Shown: positions 20,216 through 26,878 of the stretch, in pieces
Numbering within the stretch: the stretch's first letter is position 1
Layout: each line of letters starts with the position of its first letter
Source: an uncultured Eubacteriales bacterium
Lineage (GTDB): Bacteria > Bacillota > Clostridia > Christensenellales > DTU072
DNA: 64,000 nt
Direction: 5' to 3'
Assembly (NCBI GenBank): GCA_949292905.1
Contig: CASFAV010000003.1
Location: 32,050-96,049, forward strand
Made by a program: the position numbers and the translations under genes
Notes under the pieces: generated by a model
The model's input: the letters and a program-made list of their open reading frames with translations, nothing else
Told to the model about the DNA's origin: nothing
Databases searched by the model: none

Positions 20216-21199
20216 ATGAAAAAAGTTATTATCGACACAAGGTTATACGAAGATATACTTACTTTCGGCGAAAAATACGATTCGTTTTGCGTTAAACTCA
20301 GCTGTTCGCTCGTAAAGCTGAACGAAAACGCGGAACTTTACGCTTGCGTGAGAGGCGGGGAAGGGATACCTTGTCCCGTCTATCTTGCCGACAGTCGTAT
20401 GCGCGCGGAAGAAAACCGGAACGCCGATGCGTGCGACAAATGGATCGAAGCGATACGTAGAGCGGATACCGCGGAGCTCAAGTTCTATGAGAAGACCGCA
20501 GACGGCGTCACCGGCGTAGAGGTCATCGCAGGCGAGCATACGCTCAGGATCGCCAAACCGTTAGCCGCGACAATGCGGCGACTGTCTACCGAGCGGAATA
20601 AAGTGATAATAATTTCGCACGAAAAGCGTTACGAAGAAGCGGATAAGGCGGAATTTCAGAGCCGTAGCGTGCTCTCGCTGGCCGAACTGGATTCTTCCGC
20701 GGTCGACATCGTATATTTCGAAGGAGCGGATAAGCTTTTGGAGAAATTGTTGTACGCCGGCTGCAGAGAGCTCAACGTATTCGTTCCCCATACCCGAAAC
20801 GACAAAAATATTGTCAAGACGCTCAGAAAATTAAGTAAAAAGGCTCCGTTCGGTAACCGTATCGCCGTTGCGATAGGTAACGATTACGAGCCCGGCAGTT
20901 GTTGTAAGCTCATAGTGGGACCGGCCGAAAGGATAGCCGGGTGTAACGCTTATAAAGTGTTCTTTTCCACGGCATACAATGGAGAACTCGGAAAGTTCGT
21001 CTACGTGGGGCAGAATACCGCAGACCTTATCCCGGAGCAAACGCGGTACCGCCTTAAGCCGCATACCGTTCATTACATAACTTCCGTCATGAGCGAACTC
21101 ATCTTGGCAGCGCTTTCGGAGAAGAAGTATTCGTCCGGTAGGCTGTATACGGTCAAAGCCAACGATCTTACCACAGAAACGATTTATAAGGAGGATTAA
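20216..21199 (+). CDS. Hypothetical protein, Rossmann-like; possibly a degenerate E1-like domain
   Basis: This 327-aa gene lies 4 nt after the E2 gene. 'KVIIISHEKRY' sits where an E1 would carry GxGxxG. 'VDIVYFEGADKLLEKLLYAGC' and the C-terminal 'HYITSVMSELILAALSEK' loosely parallel ThiF-fold segments. This is weak, by-eye similarity only. Confidence 0.3.
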   Translation: MKKVIIDTRLYEDILTFGEKYDSFCVKLSCSLVKLNENAELYACVRGGEGIPCPVYLADSRMRAEENRNADACDKWIEAIRRADTAELKFYEKTADGVTGVEVIAGEHTLRIAKPLAATMRRLSTERNKVIIISHEKRYEEADKAEFQSRSVLSLAELDSSAVDIVYFEGADKLLEKLLYAGCRELNVFVPHTRNDKNIVKTLRKLSKKAPFGNRIAVAIGNDYEPGSCCKLIVGPAERIAGCNAYKVFFSTAYNGELGKFVYVGQNTADLIPEQTRYRLKPHTVHYITSVMSELILAALSEKKYSSGRLYTVKANDLTTETIYKED

Positions 21200-21202
21200 A
21201 CC

Positions 21203-21865
21203 ATGTTCGTAATTGCCGTTCAGACGGAATTGAAGTCTCTTGCAAATTGTGCGGAGACTAACGTAATGACAAGAAGCGGTTATCAGATAGTGACGGATCA
21301 CGAAGTCTATTTCGTCAGCAAAGAACGCTTCCTCAATAAATACAAGGGTAATCTTTATATGGTGCCTTCAGCAAAAGACAGACTGCTTACTTTCGAAGAA
21401 GCGAGCGTATTAAGGAGCGCTATCGAAGAACTCGAGAGCGGTAAGCTGATCAAAGTCAAGGGGAAAAACCGCTACGAAAAGTTTGACAGGGACGGAGCCA
21501 ATTACAGTATATCGCTCCCGTCGTCCGACGTTGAGATAGAGGCTAAAGCCATACGTTGCGAATTCAGCGGAAACAACAGCAACCTCCGCGTCAAGACCGA
21601 GAATTCCGCGCTTGACGCGACCGCATCCAATTCGACCTTCGATATTTCGGCAAACGATACCGTAGCCACCATGTACGTTTCCAACTGCTTCATCGAGTTG
21701 AGCGGAGTGGGCTTAAAAGTGATGATCGTCGGAAACAACAATACCGTTAGCGGTATTACCGACGGGATCGAAGTTTTTTCGAGGGGCAGAAAAAACGAAT
21801 TCCGCAGAAAGTCGGAAGCCACGAGTGAGGATACCTCCAAACGCAATATCCGAGGAGGACGATAA
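21203..21865 (+). CDS. Hypothetical protein with beta-helix-like repeats and a basic disordered tail ending RGGR
   Basis: 220 aa with RBS AGGAGG 8 nt upstream. Residues ~115-195 are short N/S/T/V-rich repeats, bactofilin or beta-helix-like by eye. The tail is 'RKSEATSEDTSKRNIRGGR'. The stop overlaps the next ATG (TAATG). Confidence 0.5.
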   Translation: MFVIAVQTELKSLANCAETNVMTRSGYQIVTDHEVYFVSKERFLNKYKGNLYMVPSAKDRLLTFEEASVLRSAIEELESGKLIKVKGKNRYEKFDRDGANYSISLPSSDVEIEAKAIRCEFSGNNSNLRVKTENSALDATASNSTFDISANDTVATMYVSNCFIELSGVGLKVMIVGNNNTVSGITDGIEVFSRGRKNEFRRKSEATSEDTSKRNIRGGR

Positions 21866-23463
21866 TGGATAAAAAAGCCTTGGTTTATATGCCTAAATCC
21901 TGTTACGACAGAATGATAAAGCATATTTATATCGATCCTTCCAACGAGTGCGGCGGCTATTTGATAGGGAACCGCGTCGATCTCGACAACGCTTATGTCT
22001 TTTCCGTGAGGGAGCTGTACAGCGAGGTGCGTTTCGGGACGCAGAGCCGCTTCGAATTCAAGTTGGATTATACCTCGAACGCGCAGGAATTTACAAGGAA
22101 GTGGCAGAGAGCGCGTCGTTGCGACGATTTTCTGGTTGGGACGTATCATTCGCACGGGACGTTCGACGCATTCCACAGCAGCGTCGACGACGTATTCGCG
22201 AGACTTTTCAACCTTATGATCATTCTGAGTCCCGCGACCGGCAGGATAGAAGTATGGTATTGGTGCCTCGGGCTCGCGCAATGGTTCGAGGGAGAACTAA
22301 TAGTATACGACGACGAGGAAAATGACGGGAAACGGCGTCCCGTCTACGTCGAAGAAAGCGAGCTTTGTTCCGGTAAGGAAAAATTCCGTATGCGCATATT
22401 TCGCAGGAACAAAAAAGAGCTCGCGCCGCAAAAGAAGGTCCTGATAGTCGGCTGCGGAACTCTCGGCAACCTGCTCGCGGAGCATTTAATAGACGCTAGG
22501 CACAATGCCGAGATCACCTTCATCGACAGAGACCGTTACGAGACAGCCAATCTCCCGCGCAGTCCCGTTATAGACGCGACGGCGGTAGGCAGCCCCAAGG
22601 CGTTCGCGCTTGCCGAAGCGGTCGCGAGGGAAGCGCGAATGTCCTACGCCGTAAGAGGAATAATAGGGGACGTAAGAGAATTTTCGCTTGATTTTTTCGA
22701 GCAATTCGACGTAATAGTCACCCCTTTAGATAACCTCGAATGCAGGTATTACGTCAATTATTGCGCTACCGTTCTCAATAAAGCTTACGTCAATCTCGGT
22801 ACTTCGTATACGGGATTTAACGGACTGCCTTTATTCGGCGGAGACGTATTCTATAAGCCCTTCCGGGCTACGACGTGCCTGGATTGCTTTTACCTCCTGT
22901 ACAGAGGAAACGAGGAGATGCTCCGTAAGCGCGTGTCGTGCGGAGGCGCTCTGCCCGAGAAGGTGGTCCCGCAAGTCATCTCTTCGTCTATGCTGATAGC
23001 TTCGATCGCTTTCGTGTGTCTTAAGAAAGCTCTGAGGCACGACCGATCCACGGTGGCGACAGGCTATAACATAAACGACGTAAGCGCGTCCTACGACAGG
23101 TTTTTCAATGTCGCCCCCGTAAGGACGAGCGCCCGATGCAGCTTTGCCGCGGCACACGCTGAGAGCGACGGGATAGAGACTATAGAGATATCCGCCGGAA
23201 CGCATCTGCGTACGTTATATCGGCGCGTGCGCAAAATATTCAATGACAAAACCGAAGACAAAGTTTACGAGATAAACATGATGTCGTCGTGCCTTACGCA
23301 GGTCAAATACCGTACCGAGAATCCCATTCATTCGATAACCCTCGACAAAGAGAGTATCGGACGGATGCGCGACGTCATTCGCTACGATTATTTTCCAGCA
23401 GACCATATATACGCGGTCAGCTCCGCGGAGAACGTCAAATATATCCGTATAAAATTAAGATAA
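21865..23463 (+). CDS. JAB/JAMM isopeptidase fused to E1-like (ThiF/MoeB-fold) adenylating enzyme
   Basis: 532 aa. The JAMM motif is complete: Glu28 ('NECGG') and H95-S-H97-x7-S105-x2-D108 (nt 22147-22188). The E1 half has 'VLIVGCGTLGN' (GxGxxG, nt 22450-22467), 'FIDRDRYETANLPRS', 'PLDNLECRYYVNYC', the pair C338xxC341 and 'VSC359GG'. Confidence 0.85.
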   Translation: MDKKALVYMPKSCYDRMIKHIYIDPSNECGGYLIGNRVDLDNAYVFSVRELYSEVRFGTQSRFEFKLDYTSNAQEFTRKWQRARRCDDFLVGTYHSHGTFDAFHSSVDDVFARLFNLMIILSPATGRIEVWYWCLGLAQWFEGELIVYDDEENDGKRRPVYVEESELCSGKEKFRMRIFRRNKKELAPQKKVLIVGCGTLGNLLAEHLIDARHNAEITFIDRDRYETANLPRSPVIDATAVGSPKAFALAEAVAREARMSYAVRGIIGDVREFSLDFFEQFDVIVTPLDNLECRYYVNYCATVLNKAYVNLGTSYTGFNGLPLFGGDVFYKPFRATTCLDCFYLLYRGNEEMLRKRVSCGGALPEKVVPQVISSSMLIASIAFVCLKKALRHDRSTVATGYNINDVSASYDRFFNVAPVRTSARCSFAAAHAESDGIETIEISAGTHLRTLYRRVRKIFNDKTEDKVYEINMMSSCLTQVKYRTENPIHSITLDKESIGRMRDVIRYDYFPADHIYAVSSAENVKYIRIKLR

Positions 23464-23474
23464 GGAGGACTACA

Positions 23475-23987
23475 ATGAAATACGCAATACTCGTATGCAA
23501 TCAAAGAGATAGATTCCAATGCGCTGAATGTAATAAATTGACTTCCGCCGGCTATCAATTAGTCGACGATAACGAAACGAAGTTCGTTTGCAGTGAGTGT
23601 TATTCGGACTTTATGCGGCAGTATCCTCAACAAGGAAACAGCGTGAAGCAGCTTATTCCGGCCGAAGTGCTTTTTGCCGACGGGGACGTCGCGCGGAATA
23701 CCGTAGATGAAAGCGTCGAGTCCGTAGCGGAGGAAAGCTCCGGCTATATAGGAGAGCTCGTATCCGACGGTCACGGAGGGTGGCGCGAGCCCACGGCGGA
23801 AGAACTCGCGGCGATGAACGCGAGCGCGAACGCAGTTGACTACGGCGCTTCGTGTATAACTGAAGACACTCATGCCGTCAATATCCGTTATCGCTTCACT
23901 ACAGATAATAAACTCCAGATTATGTTACCCAAACGGTGTCGGATAGACGACAGAACCTACGAGATCGTCGTCACGACCACGGATTAA
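23475..23987 (+). CDS. Zinc-ribbon protein (4-Cys), candidate adaptor or E3-like factor
   Basis: I trimmed the track ORF to the ATG at 23475, preceded by AGGAGG. 170 aa with C16xxC19...C39xxC42 at the N-terminus, an acidic linker and a C-terminal beta-rich domain. Confidence 0.55.
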   Translation: MKYAILVCNQRDRFQCAECNKLTSAGYQLVDDNETKFVCSECYSDFMRQYPQQGNSVKQLIPAEVLFADGDVARNTVDESVESVAEESSGYIGELVSDGHGGWREPTAEELAAMNASANAVDYGASCITEDTHAVNIRYRFTTDNKLQIMLPKRCRIDDRTYEIVVTTTD

Positions 23988-23992
23988 AACGT

Positions 23993-24685
23993 ATGGACGA
24001 ACTCGAAAGATACAATAACCGTATCGACACGATCATTCCGCGCGAGACCGTGTTTCCGTGTTGCTTCGTGACTACGCCCAAGCAGATGTTTATGTCGCTT
24101 ATGGCGGGAGAAAGGGTGTGCTTTAAGGGATACAACGAAGCGGCGCGATATTATTTGCGGACTGCGGAAATATTCCGCAGTCTGTATGCGCCCGGTATGA
24201 GCGATTACGGCTTCGTCCTCGCGTTGAATAATTACATTGTGCGCAATATCCGTTACGATTACGACGTATTGACTAAAAAAACGCTTACGCCGGAAGATAT
24301 GGAAAGCTTCGAGATAGACGCTCCGCTTTTCAAGGGAAAGGGAGTATGCTCCGCCAAAAGCAAGTTTTTTTCGCTGCTGTGCGCGTTGGCCGATATCCGC
24401 ACGGTATTAGTGACGGGTTCTCTCAAGGGTTGTAAAGACGACTCGAGACACGCTTGGAACAAAGTGTTTCTGCAGAAGCCGGGCGATAGCGCGCCCAAAT
24501 GGTGGAATATCGACGTAACCAACAATCGCGTGCATCACCGTTTCGATCTCGGCTACAGAGATTATTTTCTTGTAACCGACAGAGAGATCATGCGCACGCA
24601 TTTTTTCATAGAATACGACGAAACCTTCGAATACAGGCAGATCAACCGTCTTGTCACCGGTTCTCTCGATTATCCTGCGGCGTGA
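23993..24685 (+). CDS. Transglutaminase-like cysteine protease-fold protein
   Basis: I trimmed the track ORF to the ATG at 23993. 230 aa with a Cys-His-Asp triad in the canonical spacing: 'GKGVC119SAKSKFF', 'SRH153AWNKV' and 'WWNID174VT'. Confidence 0.7.
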   Translation: MDELERYNNRIDTIIPRETVFPCCFVTTPKQMFMSLMAGERVCFKGYNEAARYYLRTAEIFRSLYAPGMSDYGFVLALNNYIVRNIRYDYDVLTKKTLTPEDMESFEIDAPLFKGKGVCSAKSKFFSLLCALADIRTVLVTGSLKGCKDDSRHAWNKVFLQKPGDSAPKWWNIDVTNNRVHHRFDLGYRDYFLVTDREIMRTHFFIEYDETFEYRQINRLVTGSLDYPAA

Positions 24686-24762
24686 ATCCTCGACTTCGGT
24701 CGTTGCGGAGCGGGCAAACTGAGTTTATATTGCGTAACACGATACCGTTTCGGTATAAGGGC

Positions 24763-24806
24763 GGCAAACGCGCGTAAATCATTATACGCGCGTTTGCCGT
24801 TTTTTC
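24763..24806 (+). terminator. Intrinsic terminator ending the seven-gene operon
   Basis: Hairpin ggcaaacgcgcgta/tacgcgcgtttgcc followed by tttttt. Confidence 0.85.
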
Positions 24807-24942
24807 GCGGAAGTGCGGAGAAATACCGCTATTGAAAGATACTTATTCGGTTGCGCTTGCGCGCGGGAGAGTGTAATATTAATGTATGTCGGTATGTCGG
24901 CGGCGAAAAAAGGAGTAATCGAAGTGATAGCGGAGGGCGTAA

Positions 24943-25398
24943 ATGATACTTGAAGCGGATCGTAGCAGCGTAGACGTTTTGACGGAGATGTCGTGCCTGT
25001 TATGGAAGGACGCGAAGCCCGCCGAACTGTACAAGGAGTACGACGGAGCGATGTCCTGCGGCGATAACGCCTTCTTTATCAAATATGCAAACGGCGAGGC
25101 GGCGGGATTTGCGCATTGCTCGTTGCGCAGAGAATACACGGAAGGAGTAACGAGCTCGCCTGCCGGCTATCTCGAAGCGGTGTTCGTGAAAGAGAAGTAC
25201 CGTCGCAAAGGTTTTGCGCGCGAACTCGTCGCGGCGGCGGAAGATTGGGCGCGCTCGAAAGGTTGCGCCGAATTCGCAAGCGATTGCGAAACCGTTAACG
25301 CGGCGTCGATAGCTTTCCATGAAGCGATCGGTTTTACCGAAGCCGGCAGGATAGTTTGCTTCGTCAAAAAACTCCGAGTCGAGCGTCTGCAGCATTGA
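24943..25398 (+). CDS. GNAT acetyltransferase, aminoglycoside 6'-N-acetyltransferase [AAC(6')-I]-like
   Basis: 151 aa. 'SSPAGYLEAVFVKEKYRRKGFARELVAAAEDWARSKGCAEFASDCETVNAASIAFHEAIGFTE' closely parallels the AAC(6')-Iy-type core as I recall it. RBS GGAGGG. Confidence 0.6.
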   Translation: MILEADRSSVDVLTEMSCLLWKDAKPAELYKEYDGAMSCGDNAFFIKYANGEAAGFAHCSLRREYTEGVTSSPAGYLEAVFVKEKYRRKGFARELVAAAEDWARSKGCAEFASDCETVNAASIAFHEAIGFTEAGRIVCFVKKLRVERLQH

Positions 25399-25462
25399 AC
25401 GAAACAGAGACCGTTTAACGGTCGGAAGCAAAACAAAAAAACTAACGTTCGAGAGGCCGAAT

Positions 25463-26251
25463 ATGAGTAATACCGCAATGACGGTACTGGGATTTTTGAT
25501 AATTTTCGTCTCCACCACGCTGGGTAGCGCGTTGGTATGGTTTTTCAGAAAGGATATTTCCGAGAAGGCTAATACCGTTATCCTCGGATTCGCGTCCGGC
25601 GTGATGGTTGCCGCGTCGGTGTGGTCGTTGATAATACCTTCTATCGAAGGCGCATCGGAATGGGGAACGTGGAGCTTCGTGCCGGCATTGGTAGGTTTTC
25701 TGGCGGGAGGTTTGTTCCTCGTGTTTCTCGATAAGGCAATACCGCATTTCCATAAAGGGACTTCGGAGGAAGAAGGCCCGAAAGTGGCGCTCGACAAGCC
25801 GGCGAAAATGTTTCTTGCCGTCACGATACATAACATTCCCGAAGGACTTGCGGTGGGGTTCGCGTTCGGCGCCGCGGCGACTTTAGGGGAAAGCGGCGCG
25901 TATGTTTCGGCGCTCGGACTCGCGATTGGGATGGCGATACAGAATTTCCCCGAGGGCGCCGCAGTGGCGCTACCGATGAAAGCGGCGACCGGCAGCAGGA
26001 CGAAAGCCTTTCTGTACGGAACGGCGTCCGGTGCGGTCGAGCCGATAGCGGCGACGATAGGGTATTTCCTCGCGGCGGCGCTTACCGTAGCTCAGCCGTG
26101 GTTCCTGGCGTTTGCCGCAGGCGCGATGATCTTCGTCGTTGCGGAGGATCTCATACCCGACGCCCGCATAGGCTCTCACCCCCATCTCGGCACCTGGGGA
26201 GTCATGATAGGTTTCGCGGTAATGATGGTCCTCGACGTCGCTCTCGGGTAA
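25463..26251 (+). CDS. ZIP-family divalent metal transporter (ZupT-like)
   Basis: 262 aa, multi-pass, with 'HNIPEGLAVGFAFG' and 'QNFPEGAAVA' ZIP signatures. Confidence 0.85.
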   Translation: MSNTAMTVLGFLIIFVSTTLGSALVWFFRKDISEKANTVILGFASGVMVAASVWSLIIPSIEGASEWGTWSFVPALVGFLAGGLFLVFLDKAIPHFHKGTSEEEGPKVALDKPAKMFLAVTIHNIPEGLAVGFAFGAAATLGESGAYVSALGLAIGMAIQNFPEGAAVALPMKAATGSRTKAFLYGTASGAVEPIAATIGYFLAAALTVAQPWFLAFAAGAMIFVVAEDLIPDARIGSHPHLGTWGVMIGFAVMMVLDVALG

Positions 26252-26339
26252 ATCCCGCCACGGGTGAATTGTGGTGCGCAAGCACTTGTCTCGGGTTTGC
26301 GAAGCTTTCACCTCCTTACGAAACGGAATTGTCCGCGAA

Positions 26340-26575
26340 CGAAGAAACATACGCGATAACTTTCGAACCTGACTGGGGCGAGTATTATACGGAAGGAGTG
26401 CGGGGCTTCGCCGAGCGTATTTTAATACTCACGGAGGAGCCCATAAAAAAGGCTTCGAATTCTGCGGTCGGTATGCGGATCCCGAATTCAGAACGGCATA
26501 CGATTTCGCTCCCGTCAAATCGGATATCACCGTCTATGCGAAGAGTGGAAGGAACTTCAAACGTAAGTTGTAATG
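26340..26575 (+). pseudogene. Remnant of a Listeria-Bacteroides (InlB B-type) repeat from a surface protein, frameshifted
   Basis: 'ETYAITFEPDWGEYYTEGVRGFAERILILTEEPIKK' continues in the adjacent frame, after an A6 run, as 'GFEFCGRYADPEFRTAYDFAPVKSDITVYAKSG'. This matches the t-V-t-F...P.k.GY.F.GWY...ydF..pV..d.tLYAkW repeat pattern. There is no start codon or upstream body. Confidence 0.4.
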
Positions 26576-26702
26576 AGCTGTTGTAGAGGTCATGTCTGCT
26601 TTTCGTTTAGCTCGTCAGGTTCGCGCCGTAGAACCGCGCAAACTTGCGCACCCCAATGCGCTGAAGCGCACGGGTAAGCTATCCCTCTCGTCCGACAAAA
26701 AG

Positions 26703-26730
26703 GAACCTATCCGAAAGTTCGAATAGGTTC
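26703..26730 (-). terminator. Displaced native tRNA terminator next to the tRNA 3'-end remnant
   Basis: On the minus strand the 14-nt tRNA 3' remnant is followed by hairpin gaacctat/ataggttc and TTTTT (complement of 26697-26701). Confidence 0.55.
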
Positions 26731-26733
26731 GCT

Positions 26734-26749
26734 TTTGGCGGAGAGAGTG
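26734..26749. repeat. Distal att-like direct repeat, copy of the tRNA-Ser 3' end
   Basis: tttggcggagagagtg is identical to 38987-39002, with mismatches immediately outside on both sides. It coincides with the switch to AT-rich DNA. Confidence 0.75.
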
Positions 26750-26878
26750 TAACGTAAATCGATTTTTTAAGATTATCCGATTGTTTTTAATGTAAAATCG
26801 ATTTTAATATTTTCTTTTTTCATCATACGTATTGCCACATATCTTTATGGACACTTTATCATTGCAAAAGCAATTCAT

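Noticed and set aside
21502-22281. 259-aa minus-strand ORF inside the conjugation operon
   Set aside because: It is antisense to the 21203 and 21865 genes. The plus-strand frames carry the JAMM motif and coupled start/stop signals. The minus ORF has no RBS.
25000-25836. 278-aa minus-strand ORF spanning the GNAT and ZIP genes
   Set aside because: It crosses an intergenic region and two motif-bearing plus-strand genes. It is a shadow ORF.
26098-26586. 162-aa plus-strand ORF
   Set aside because: Its first third is an alternate frame of the ZIP transporter 3' end. The rest is better explained as a frameshifted repeat remnant (see the pseudogene feature).
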